Shown: positions 41,133-49,317 of the stretch, one piece after another
Layout: every line of letters starts with the position of its first letter
Numbering within the stretch: the stretch's first letter is position 1
Origin: Candidatus Lutibacillus vidarii
GTDB taxonomy: Bacteria; Actinomycetota; Actinomycetes; Actinomycetales; Dermatophilaceae
Direction of reading: 5' to 3'
Assembly (NCBI GenBank): GCA_016717165.1
Contig: JADKGA010000001.1
Location: forward strand, 188,592 to 252,591
Length of the DNA stretch: 64,000 nucleotides
The notes under the pieces: generated by a model
What the model was told of the DNA's origin: nothing
The model's database searches: none
What the model saw: the letters and a program-made list of their open reading frames with translations, nothing else
Program-made: the position numbers and the translations under genes

Positions 41133-41265
41133 GACTCAACCTTCCGGCCGGTCAAGCAAGCGCGGGTGGGGAGGGGCCACCCGAGGGGCAGCCGAGACGT
41201 CCCCTACCGACCATGACGCCGTTCGCGGCCAAATGGTTGCTTCGCCGGATCCAAGACTTCGTCAA

Positions 41266-41348
41266 CAGTTATCCCCACCCTGTGGATAAACCGCAAAGAC
41301 ACACCTTTACAAGGGTTCTAAAGGTGTGTCTTTGCAGGTTTTCCACAG
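41266..41348. repeat. palindromic intergenic element, copy 3 (slightly degenerate)
   Basis: Degenerate box ttatcccca (41268-41276) precedes ccctgtggataaacc. The core is gcaaagacacaccttta caagggttc taaaggtgtgtctttgc (41292-41334), followed by aggttttccacagg. It ends 2 nt before the fadE-like stop. Confidence 0.85.
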
Positions 41349-41349
41349 G

Positions 41350-43227
41350 TTAGAAGGCGTCCTCCGGCACAACCATGAGGGCGTTGTCGGTCGCCTCGGC
41401 GATCGCGCGGTCGGCGGTGATCCGCGGCAGCACGGTCCGGCAGAAGAACGAGGCCGCGGCCACCTTGCCGGTGTAGAAGCTCGTGTCGGCCGCGGACATC
41501 GACTCGCCGCGGGTGTCCAGCGCCGCCTGGGCGATCTCGGCCTGCCGCATGAGCAGCCACCCGATGATGACGTCACCGGCGGCCAGCAGCAGCCGGCTGG
41601 TGTTCTGCCCGACTTTGTAGAGGTTGGTCACCTCGCCGCCCATCCGCGGGTCGGACTGCATCAGCGTCCCGACCATGAAGCCGAGCATGCCCTGGACGTC
41701 CTCGAGGCCCTGCCCGAGCAGCTCACGCTCGCGCTGCAAGGACGACGGCGAGCCGTCGCCGCCCTTGACGAACTCGGTGATCTGGCCCGCGATATAGGTC
41801 AGCGCAGCGCCCTTGTCCTTGACGATCTTGCGGAAGAAGAAGTCCAGGCCCTGGATCGCCGTCGTGCCCTCGTAGAGCGTGTCGATCTTCGCGTCCCGGA
41901 CGTACTGCTCGATCGGGTAGTCCCGGAGGAATCCGGACCCGCCGAAGGTCTGCAGCGACTCGGTGCCCAGCAGCGTCCAGGCCCGCTCGGACCCGAAGCC
42001 CTTGACGATCGGCAGCAGCAGGTCGTTGACCTTCTCGGCCATCGCCGCCGGCGAGGACGGGTCGAGGTGCGCCCACCCGTTCGCGGCCTGGGCCATCGCG
42101 ACGGCGTCCTGCTGGGTCGCGGTGTAGCAGACCAGCGCGCGCAGGCCCTCGGCATACGCCTTCTGGAGCATGAGCGAGCGGCGCACGTCCGGGTGGTGGG
42201 TGATCGTCACGCGCGGCGCGTCCTTGGCCGGGGTCGTGAGGTCGGCGCCCTGGACCCGCTCTTTGGCGTACGCGAGCGCGTTGAGGTAGCCGGTCGAGAG
42301 GGTCGCCATGGCCTTGGTGCCGACCATCATCCGGGCGCCCTCGATGATGTGGAACATCTGGGCGATGCCGTCGTGGACGTCGCCGAGCAGGGTGCCGACG
42401 GCTGGGTGCTTCTCGCCGAAGCGGACCTCGCAGGTCGTCGAGACCTTGATGCCCATCTTGTCCTCGACATTGGTGACATAGGCACCGTTGCGCTCGCCGA
42501 GCTCACCGGTGGCGAGGTCGACGTGGTATTTCGGTACGACAAAGAGCGACAGTCCCTTGGTGCCGGGGCCGGCGCCCTCGGGACGGGCCAACACCATGTG
42601 GATGACGTTCTCGACCATGTCCGACTCGGCCGAGGTGATGAACCGTTTGACGCCGGTGATGTGCCACGTCCCGTCGGGCTGCTGCACTGCCTTGGTGCGC
42701 CCCGAGCCGACGTCCGAGCCCGCGTCGGGCTCGGTCAGCACCATCGTCGCGCCCCAGTTCTTCTCGGCGAGGTATGCCGCCATCGTCTTCTGGTCGGCGT
42801 TGCCGAGCCGGTAGAGCACCTGGCCCATGGCGAAGGACGAGCCGTAAAGGTGGATCGCCGGGTTCGCGCCGAGGATCATCTCGAGCAGCGCCCACCTCAG
42901 CGACATCGGGGCGGCGATGCCACCGATCTCGGTCGGGATGTCGATGCGCCAGACCTCGGAGTCGAGGAAGGCCTTGTAGGACTTCTTGAAGGCCGCCGGG
43001 ATGACCACGGTGTTGGTCTCCGGGTCGAACTTCGGCGGCTGGCGGTCGGCCTCGACGAAGGAGTCGGCCAGCGGCCCCTCGGCGAGCTCCTTGATCTGGT
43101 GGAGCATGTCCCGCGCGGCCTCTTCGTCGAGGTCCTCGTAGATGCCCTTGCCGAGGATCTCCTGGCGGTTGAAGACCTCGAAGAGGTTGAACTCGAGGTC
43201 ACGGACGTTGCTCTTGTAGTGGCCCAT
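41350..43227 (-). CDS. large acyl-CoA dehydrogenase (FadE5-type)
   Basis: 625 aa. [19 protein letters not shown] is almost the same N-terminus I recall for mycobacterial FadE5. The central ACAD fold carries a C-terminal extension. Confidence 0.85.
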   Translation of the reverse strand: MGHYKSNVRDLEFNLFEVFNRQEILGKGIYEDLDEEAARDMLHQIKELAEGPLADSFVEADRQPPKFDPETNTVVIPAAFKKSYKAFLDSEVWRIDIPTEIGGIAAPMSLRWALLEMILGANPAIHLYGSSFAMGQVLYRLGNADQKTMAAYLAEKNWGATMVLTEPDAGSDVGSGRTKAVQQPDGTWHITGVKRFITSAESDMVENVIHMVLARPEGAGPGTKGLSLFVVPKYHVDLATGELGERNGAYVTNVEDKMGIKVSTTCEVRFGEKHPAVGTLLGDVHDGIAQMFHIIEGARMMVGTKAMATLSTGYLNALAYAKERVQGADLTTPAKDAPRVTITHHPDVRRSLMLQKAYAEGLRALVCYTATQQDAVAMAQAANGWAHLDPSSPAAMAEKVNDLLLPIVKGFGSERAWTLLGTESLQTFGGSGFLRDYPIEQYVRDAKIDTLYEGTTAIQGLDFFFRKIVKDKGAALTYIAGQITEFVKGGDGSPSSLQRERELLGQGLEDVQGMLGFMVGTLMQSDPRMGGEVTNLYKVGQNTSRLLLAAGDVIIGWLLMRQAEIAQAALDTRGESMSAADTSFYTGKVAAASFFCRTVLPRITADRAIAEATDNALMVVPEDAF

Positions 43228-43418
43228 GAGTGCCCCTTCAGTCGTCTGCCGGGCAGGCGTCGTCGCCTGCGTTACTCGCCGGTAACTTCCATGGTCCTAC
43301 CCGCGAGTAGCCAAATGCAACCGGCGAACGTCCCGCCGAGGTATGCCGTGCCTCTCGTCCGCCCATCCAGGTGGCTCTGACTCCCGGGTCGACGCCCGCC
43401 GACCCGCCGTGGCATGAG

Positions 43419-43441
43419 TTATCCACAGGGGCTGTGGATAG
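43419..43441. repeat. solo inverted pair of the TTATCCACA box, without the hairpin core
   Basis: ttatccaca gggg c tgtggatag. These are the same boxes that flank the three full elements. Confidence 0.8.
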
Positions 43442-43508
43442 CGAGTTGAGCGCGGCCCGCCGCGGTGCGATGCTCGGCGCGACGACGCTCGGGAGGAGGG
43501 CAAGGCCC

Positions 43509-43811
43509 ATGTATGCCGTGGACATCGACACCGCTGGGGTCCGTTCGGTGGGACGCAGTGTCGCCGCGCTGTCGGCGGCGGCCCGTGAGGTGGACCGCCA
43601 GCTCGACCCGGTCCGGCTGCCACGTACGGCGATCACCGTGGCGCCGGCCCTGGAGCAGTTCGTCGCCCTCTGGCACGACACCGCGCGCTCCCTGGCCGCC
43701 GAGCTGGTCTCGCTCGGGGGGGCCTTGGACGCCTCCGCCGAGGCGATGGACCGGGCCGACGAGCTCGCCGAGCAGCGGGCCCGCCGAGGGCTCGGGGCGG
43801 GGACGATCTGA
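43509..43811 (+). CDS. small helical protein (EspC/WXG-like candidate secretion partner)
   Basis: 100 aa from ATG 43509 (MYAVDIDTAGVRSVGRSV...). The composition is helix-rich and Ala/Leu-rich. The stop overlaps the hydrolase start (TGATG). The family assignment is tentative. Confidence 0.55.
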   Translation: MYAVDIDTAGVRSVGRSVAALSAAAREVDRQLDPVRLPRTAITVAPALEQFVALWHDTARSLAAELVSLGGALDASAEAMDRADELAEQRARRGLGAGTI

Positions 43812-45679
43812 TGCCGGGCCATTACCGGTTCACCGCCGACCAGCCCGGCTCGGTCCTGGCGCTGTGCACCGAGCTGGCCGCCGTGGGCCGCACCGCCGAC
43901 GGACTCGCCCGCGACGTCGGCCGCTTGCTGCCCACGCTCCGCTCGGCCTGGTCGCGCGGCGGTGCGGGCGACGCCGCGAGCACCGACGCGGCGAAGGTCC
44001 ACGCCGCTGTCGCGACGATCGACCCGTCGCTGACCCGCGCCTCAGGGGCGTTCGACACCTACGCCCAGCGGCTGCGCGCCGCCTCGGCCCAGATCGACGA
44101 CCTCAACGACGCCTATGACGCGCTGTCCTCGGCGCTGGCCGCGGTTCGCGAGTATGCCGAACCCGACACCCCACGGATGGCGATCGCCTACGACCGGGCG
44201 TACTCCCAGTACCGCAGCGTCGCGGCCCGGGTCGGGTTCACCTCGCTGCGGGATATCGACGCGGCATACACGATGGTGATCCGGCGGCTCTGCAACGACG
44301 CCGACCACTGCTCCACCGCGCTGCGGGCCATCGTCGCGCCCTATCTGGTCGCGTCCGACGCCCGCCCGGGCGACACCCTCTTCGGCGCCTCGGTCCTCGG
44401 TGCGAGCCTGGCCCTGCTGCCGCCCGCCGGGCTCACCGCGGCCCTGGCCCGCCTCGGGTACTCGTCGATGCCGACCGACCCGGCGGCCGTGGCGCGGCTG
44501 TGGGCCGGGCTGTCCGCGGCCGAGCGGGCTGCGCTGCTGCGCCAGGACCCTGCCCGCTTCGGGAGCCTCGGCGGCATACCGGCCGGGGACCGGGACACGG
44601 CGAACCGCGAGCTGCTCGGCCGCGACCTCGCCGCCTGGCGGGCGTACTGCATTGGCCACGGCGTCATCCCGCCGCCGACCGACTACCGCTCGCTGACGCT
44701 GGACCAGAAGATCTCCCTGGGCATCTACACCGTCGACGACAGTGCCGGGCTCGTGTTCAACCCGACGGTCGACAAGGACCTCGAGGTGTACGCCGATGCG
44801 CTGTCCGTCGCGGCCACTCTCGACCTGCACCGCGACGACAGCTACCTGCTCGCCTACGACGCCACGGCATACGGGCACGAGGGGCGCGCCGCGATCTCCT
44901 TCGGCAACCCCGACCTGGCCGACAATGTCGCCATCTGTGTCCCGGGGCTGGAGTCGCGCGTGTCGAAGATGGACCAGATCGGTGCCGACGCGTCGAACCT
45001 CTACTCCAGCGCCGGCGCACTCGACCCGAATGCGCGCACCGCGGTCATCGCCTGGCAGGGGTATGACGCCCCCGAGTGGCTCACCGTGCCCTTCCAGATC
45101 AAGGCCGAGGCCGGGGCGCAGCTGCTGACCGGCGATGTCGCCGCGCTGCGGGCCACCTCGGTGACCGACTCCGGCGCCCGCCTGACCGTCGTCGCCCACT
45201 CGTACGGCTCGACGACCGCCGGCCTGGCGCTGCAGGACAAGGGCCTGGCCCCCCTCGTCGACCAGGTCATCCTCCTCGGCTCACCCGGCGTGGGTGGCGG
45301 GGCCGTCACCTATGCGGACCTCCACCTGCGTGAGAACCAGGTGTATGTCGGCAGCGCCAGCGGCGACCTCGTCGCGACCGAGTTCGACACGCTGGGGACC
45401 AACCCGGCCGAGGAGGGCTTCGGCGGCACGCGCTTCCACGCTGAGCACCCGGACCGGGCCTGGCGCAGTGCCGACGACCACTCCCGGTACTACAGCACCG
45501 ACCCTGGCGCCGAGTCGTTGGGCAATATCGCGACGATCGTCGTCGGGGACGGCGGCTCGCTTCAGGGGAGCGGTCAGGTCGCTGCCCCGAAGCATGTCGT
45601 CCATCTGCCCGGTCTGGTGCGCGGGAACACGCTGATCCTCAACGACCCGGAGACCAGCCGACCCGTCCCGACCGCGTGA
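43811..45679 (+). CDS. DUF1023-type alpha/beta hydrolase with a WXG-like helical N-terminal domain
   Basis: 622 aa. The N-terminus has LRSAWSRGGAGDAAS (W-x-G-like). The middle has IPAGDRDTANRELL. The nucleophile elbow is VVAHSYGSTT, followed by LLGSPGVG. Confidence 0.75.
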   Translation: MPGHYRFTADQPGSVLALCTELAAVGRTADGLARDVGRLLPTLRSAWSRGGAGDAASTDAAKVHAAVATIDPSLTRASGAFDTYAQRLRAASAQIDDLNDAYDALSSALAAVREYAEPDTPRMAIAYDRAYSQYRSVAARVGFTSLRDIDAAYTMVIRRLCNDADHCSTALRAIVAPYLVASDARPGDTLFGASVLGASLALLPPAGLTAALARLGYSSMPTDPAAVARLWAGLSAAERAALLRQDPARFGSLGGIPAGDRDTANRELLGRDLAAWRAYCIGHGVIPPPTDYRSLTLDQKISLGIYTVDDSAGLVFNPTVDKDLEVYADALSVAATLDLHRDDSYLLAYDATAYGHEGRAAISFGNPDLADNVAICVPGLESRVSKMDQIGADASNLYSSAGALDPNARTAVIAWQGYDAPEWLTVPFQIKAEAGAQLLTGDVAALRATSVTDSGARLTVVAHSYGSTTAGLALQDKGLAPLVDQVILLGSPGVGGGAVTYADLHLRENQVYVGSASGDLVATEFDTLGTNPAEEGFGGTRFHAEHPDRAWRSADDHSRYYSTDPGAESLGNIATIVVGDGGSLQGSGQVAAPKHVVHLPGLVRGNTLILNDPETSRPVPTA

Positions 45680-45765
45680 CGCGACGCGGCACGGTCCGAC
45701 GATCGTGACGGGGTGTACACGGTGTGTACGCAGGCCAGGCGCCGCGACGTCTGCGCAGGTCAGGG

Positions 45766-45839
45766 TGGAGCGGGTGACGAGAATCGAACTCGCACTGTCA
45801 GCTTGGGAAGCTGATGTTCTGCCATTGAACTACACCCGC
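45766..45839 (-). tRNA. tRNA-Gly (anticodon CCC)
   Basis: The reverse complement gcgggtgtagttcaatggcagaacatcagcttcccaagctgacagtgcgagttcgattctcgtcacccgctcca folds as a cloverleaf. The anticodon loop is ttCCCaa and CCA is encoded. Confidence 0.9.
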
Positions 45840-45917
45840 GTGCGCCTCACGGCGCGCAGACGAGTCTAGCCGAATCCGGTCCGTGCATCGCACTCCAGCG
45901 CCATCCGCCGCTCACGC

Positions 45918-47183
45918 TCATTGCGCTGACGGACGGCTCGCTACAGGTTCTGGTGCGGCAGCCGCAGTGACGGCGCGTCGGTCGGCGCGGATCTGGCCGC
46001 TCAGCGTTGCCGTGATGTAGGAGGCGCTCGCGACCGCGGCGACCGCCATGATGAGGAAGATCACCCGGTAGCTGACGATCGCCACCAGAGCCGCCCCGAT
46101 GGCCATCGAGAGGGCCTGAGGCGTGCTCATGACGACCTCGACAGCCATCGACGCTCGGCCCATGACCTCCTGCGGGGTGCGCTTCTGGAGCAAGGTGGTG
46201 AACCCGACGAAGAGCGGGGGCAGGGCCAGGCCGATGACCGCGCAGCCGGCGAGCATGACCCACAATGCCCCGGTCGCGGCGACGACACCGAGCCCGGCGG
46301 CGAGGACGACAAAGCCGACGACCATGGTGGCGACCTCGCCGATCGCCCCGATGATGCGGCTCGACAGCAGACCCGCGGCGACGGCCCCGACACCCTGGAT
46401 CGTCGAGACCACGGCAACGAAGGTCGGCGGCTTGCCATAGGCGTCGAGGACGGCATACAGGGAGGTCTCGGCGAAGCCGATGACGACCAAGGTGAGGACG
46501 AAGCCGACGAGCACGTGGCGCATCACCAGGTCCTGGGCCAGCGAGCGGACCCCGGCGGTGAGCTCGTGCCAGAGGTGGCTGGCCCCGCGGACCGGCGCGG
46601 CTTCGGTGACCCGAACTCCCGCGATGAGCGCAGCCCCGACGACGAAGGAGACGATGTCGATGAGGACCACCGGCCACGCGCCGAGCCAGGCGAACAGGAT
46701 CGCCCCGAGCAGCGGCCCGCCGAGACGGAAGCTCTCTCGGGTCGCCTGCATGGCGCCGTTCGCCTCGGCGAGCAGGTCCTCCGGCAGCAGCTCCTTGAGC
46801 AGCCCGTTGAGCGCCGCCGGCAAGACGATGAAGGACACCCCGTAGAGGAAGGCGACCGCCCAGATCAGCCAGACGTGCGAGGCGTCGGTGACGAAGAACA
46901 GCGGCACGACGATGAGCGCGGAGGCCACGTGCCCCCAGACGAGCATCGGGCGGCGGCGGACCCGGTCCACCCAGACGCCAAGCGCCGGGGCGAAGAGCGA
47001 GGCGGCGAGCATGAAGAAGAAGGTGATGCCGGCCGCGGCGTTCGACCCGGTCAGTGTCTTCACCCAGATGCTGAGGACGAGCAGCATGACCGAGTCGCCG
47101 AAGGCGGACACGGTGATGCCGACGAAGAGCCGGGTGAAGCCGGGGTAGCCGAATGCCTTACGCACGGTCCCCCCTCGGCGCAT
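45918..47183 (-). CDS. MFS transporter
   Basis: ORF 45918..47231 with about 12 TM segments. The start is ATG 47183 or GTG 47165, either of which overlaps the end of the DUF4097 gene. Confidence 0.8.
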   Translation of the reverse strand: MRRGGTVRKAFGYPGFTRLFVGITVSAFGDSVMLLVLSIWVKTLTGSNAAAGITFFFMLAASLFAPALGVWVDRVRRRPMLVWGHVASALIVVPLFFVTDASHVWLIWAVAFLYGVSFIVLPAALNGLLKELLPEDLLAEANGAMQATRESFRLGGPLLGAILFAWLGAWPVVLIDIVSFVVGAALIAGVRVTEAAPVRGASHLWHELTAGVRSLAQDLVMRHVLVGFVLTLVVIGFAETSLYAVLDAYGKPPTFVAVVSTIQGVGAVAAGLLSSRIIGAIGEVATMVVGFVVLAAGLGVVAATGALWVMLAGCAVIGLALPPLFVGFTTLLQKRTPQEVMGRASMAVEVVMSTPQALSMAIGAALVAIVSYRVIFLIMAVAAVASASYITATLSGQIRADRRAVTAAAAPEPVASRPSAQ

Positions 47184-47940
47184 CGGCCAACGTGACGTCA
47201 CCGCTGCCGACCTGGGCGCGCAGCTCGACATGACCTTGCCCGTCTTGTGGCGTCCCGCGCGGGGTGAGCCGGTTGGTCACGTCACCGAGCGCGCTCACCT
47301 GCGTCCATACCGGTATGCCGTCCTGGACCGCGACGCGCAGGTCGCCCGAGCCGGCGCGGACCCGGACCCGGCCGCCGGCCACGCTGGCCAGGGTCACATC
47401 GCCAGAGCCGGTCCCCACGTCGAGGTCCGCGGCCGAGCCGTGGACGAGGACGTCGCCGGAGCCCGCTTTGACCTGGCATGGCTGGTCGGCGCTGGCGATC
47501 GTGACGTCGCCGGAGCCGGTCGTCGCCGAGAGCGAGACGGTGTACGCCTCGATCGAGAGGTCGCCGGACCCGGAGAGGAGGGTGAGCGCGCCGGGGCGAC
47601 CGGTCGTGACGATATCGCCCGAGGCGCTGCGGACGTCGATGGACCGCAGGTCTCCAGCCAGGGTGCAGTCGGCGGACGCGGTACGGATGACGGCGCTGCT
47701 GGTCGCCGGGACGGTCGCCCGGATGGTGGCACCGACAGTGCGGCGGAAGAAGCCGAGGCCGCTGACCTTCGGGCCGATGACGCGGACAGCGGACCCATCG
47801 TGCTCGACCCGGATGTCGGTCTCGTCGCCGACCACCTCGATCGTGGTGGTGCGGGTGTCGGACGCCCGGACGGTGATGTCGCCGTTGTGGATCTCGACGA
47901 ACAGGTCGACCGGCTCGGGGGTGTCGAAGGTGCGGATCAT
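47158..47940 (-). CDS. DUF4097-family beta-strand repeat protein
   Basis: ATG 47940 (MIRTFDTPEPV). Repeated GSGD(V/L/I) strands are present: SGSGDLSI, TGSGDVTI, AGSGDVLV, TGSGDVTL, AGSGDLRV, VGSGDVTL. Confidence 0.8.
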   Translation of the reverse strand: MIRTFDTPEPVDLFVEIHNGDITVRASDTRTTTIEVVGDETDIRVEHDGSAVRVIGPKVSGLGFFRRTVGATIRATVPATSSAVIRTASADCTLAGDLRSIDVRSASGDIVTTGRPGALTLLSGSGDLSIEAYTVSLSATTGSGDVTIASADQPCQVKAGSGDVLVHGSAADLDVGTGSGDVTLASVAGGRVRVRAGSGDLRVAVQDGIPVWTQVSALGDVTNRLTPRGTPQDGQGHVELRAQVGSGDVTLADAPRGDRA

Positions 47941-47965
47941 GGCTGCCTCCTCGGGCATGGCGCGA

Positions 47966-47973
47966 TGACGTCA
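47966..47973. promoter_or_regulatory. TGACGTCA palindromic box
   Basis: An exact 8-bp palindrome between the RHH-protein stop and the DUF4097 start. The same box occurs three times at 48567-48608. Confidence 0.45.
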
Positions 47974-48006
47974 CCTGGCAGTGACGGTGGGGTGGTGACG
48001 TGTGGG

Positions 48007-48555
48007 TCAGAGCCAGCCGGAGAGCTGGCGGCCGGTGGCGCGGCCTTGGTCGGTGGTGCGCCCGAACCGGCCGAGGTCGATGTCGAACTCGAAGTGTGGC
48101 CCACTGCGCTCGCGGGTCGCGGCGCGCAGGGCCGTGACGATCCAGGCGTTGAGGCTGCGGCCGCTCTTCGCGGCGAGCTCCTCCGCCCGAACCTTGACCG
48201 ACTCAGGTATCCGGACGGTGATCCGAACGACGTCGCTGTCTGTCTCGCCCTCTGGCAGGTCGGACGCGTCGACGGCGTCCTCCGGGCCGGGAGTGCTGAA
48301 CTGCGCCGTCGGCGGTGGGACGTCGACGACGAACTCGGCGTCGCGGCCCCGGAGCCGGACGTCGACCGAGCCGCTCGGGACCAGGGTGGTGATCTCGGCA
48401 GCGGCCTGGGAGAGCAGCTCGAGCATCGTCATGCGAACCGCCGGGTCGAGGGCCATCGTGACCCGTTCGGCGGCAGCTCGGACCTCGGGTGCCGCGGCGT
48501 CGGTGACCGCCATGAGCTCTTGGCGAAGCCGGTCGACATACGGGGTGAGGTCCAT
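48007..48555 (-). CDS. ribbon-helix-helix (Arc/HicB-like) domain protein
   Basis: ORF 48007..48564 with the likely start at ATG 48555 (MDLTPYVDRL). The RHH segment is RITVRIPESVKVRAEELAAKSGRSLNAWIVTAL. No HicA-like partner is seen. Confidence 0.7.
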   Translation of the reverse strand: MDLTPYVDRLRQELMAVTDAAAPEVRAAAERVTMALDPAVRMTMLELLSQAAAEITTLVPSGSVDVRLRGRDAEFVVDVPPPTAQFSTPGPEDAVDASDLPEGETDSDVVRITVRIPESVKVRAEELAAKSGRSLNAWIVTALRAATRERSGPHFEFDIDLGRFGRTTDQGRATGRQLSGWL

Positions 48556-48566
48556 GCGCACCACTA

Positions 48567-48608
48567 TGACGTCAAAGTGACGTCACTGTCAACACCAGTA
48601 TGACGTCA
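48567..48608. promoter_or_regulatory. three TGACGTCA boxes in the divergent RHH-protein / dcd intergenic region
   Basis: Exact TGACGTCA at 48567-48574, 48578-48585 and 48601-48608, directly upstream of the RHH gene start. Confidence 0.55.
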
Positions 48609-48672
48609 CGAGTGTCTCAGCCGCCGGCGGCGGCCGTCCCGCCGCGGTCCTGCCGGGCGCTAACCTGAGTCC

Positions 48673-49251
48673 GTGCTGCTCTCCGACAGGGACATCCGAG
48701 CCGAGATCGCCTCAGGACGGGTCGTCCTCGACCCCTGGGACGCCTCGATGGTGCAGCCGTCGAGCATCGACGTCCGGCTGGACAAGTACTTCCGGCTCTT
48801 CGACAACCACCGGTATCCCTATATCGACCCGGCCCAGGAGCAGCCGGACCTCACCCGTCTGGTCGAGGTGGGCAGCGACGACGAGGGCTTCGTCCTGCAC
48901 CCGGGGGAGTTCGTCCTCGGCTCGACCCTCGAGGCGGTCAGCCTGCCGGACGACCTCGCCGCTCGGGTCGAAGGGAAGTCGAGCCTGGGCCGGCTCGGGC
49001 TGCTCACCCACGCGACGGCCGGCTTCGTCGACCCCGGGTTCTCGGGGCATGTCACCTTAGAGCTGTCCAATGTCGCGACGCTGCCGATCATGCTCTACCC
49101 CGGGATGAAGATCGGGCAGCTGTGCTTCTTCCGCCTCTCCTCGGCGGCGGAGAACCCCTACGGGTCGAAGGCCTACGGATCCCATTACCAGGGCCAGCGC
49201 GGACCGACCGCCAGCAGGTCGTTCCAGAACTTCCACAAGACCCCGCTCTAA
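48673..49251 (+). CDS. dcd: dCTP deaminase
   Basis: 192 aa with a GTG start. [42 protein letters not shown] and [12 protein letters not shown] are classical Dcd motifs. Confidence 0.95.
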   Translation: MLLSDRDIRAEIASGRVVLDPWDASMVQPSSIDVRLDKYFRLFDNHRYPYIDPAQEQPDLTRLVEVGSDDEGFVLHPGEFVLGSTLEAVSLPDDLAARVEGKSSLGRLGLLTHATAGFVDPGFSGHVTLELSNVATLPIMLYPGMKIGQLCFFRLSSAAENPYGSKAYGSHYQGQRGPTASRSFQNFHKTPL

Positions 49252-49317
49252 GGGGTTCCGGGCCACTCGTGCCCTCGCGCGGCTCGGCCCGAGGGGGCCC
49301 CGAACCGCAACCAGTCA

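Noticed and set aside
43228-45917. A genomic island integrated at tRNA-Gly (and similarly at tRNA-Ser, 55828-56072).
   Set aside because: No integrase, excisionase or tRNA-Gly direct repeat was found, and the composition looks like the rest of the window. Only weaker statements (accessory-looking module, att-like scar) are retained in the findings.
48007-48555. A HicB-like antitoxin implying a HicAB toxin-antitoxin system.
   Set aside because: No HicA-sized ORF with a dsRBD-like sequence lies on either side. The partner gene is a DUF4097 beta-repeat protein, so the protein is better described as an RHH regulator.
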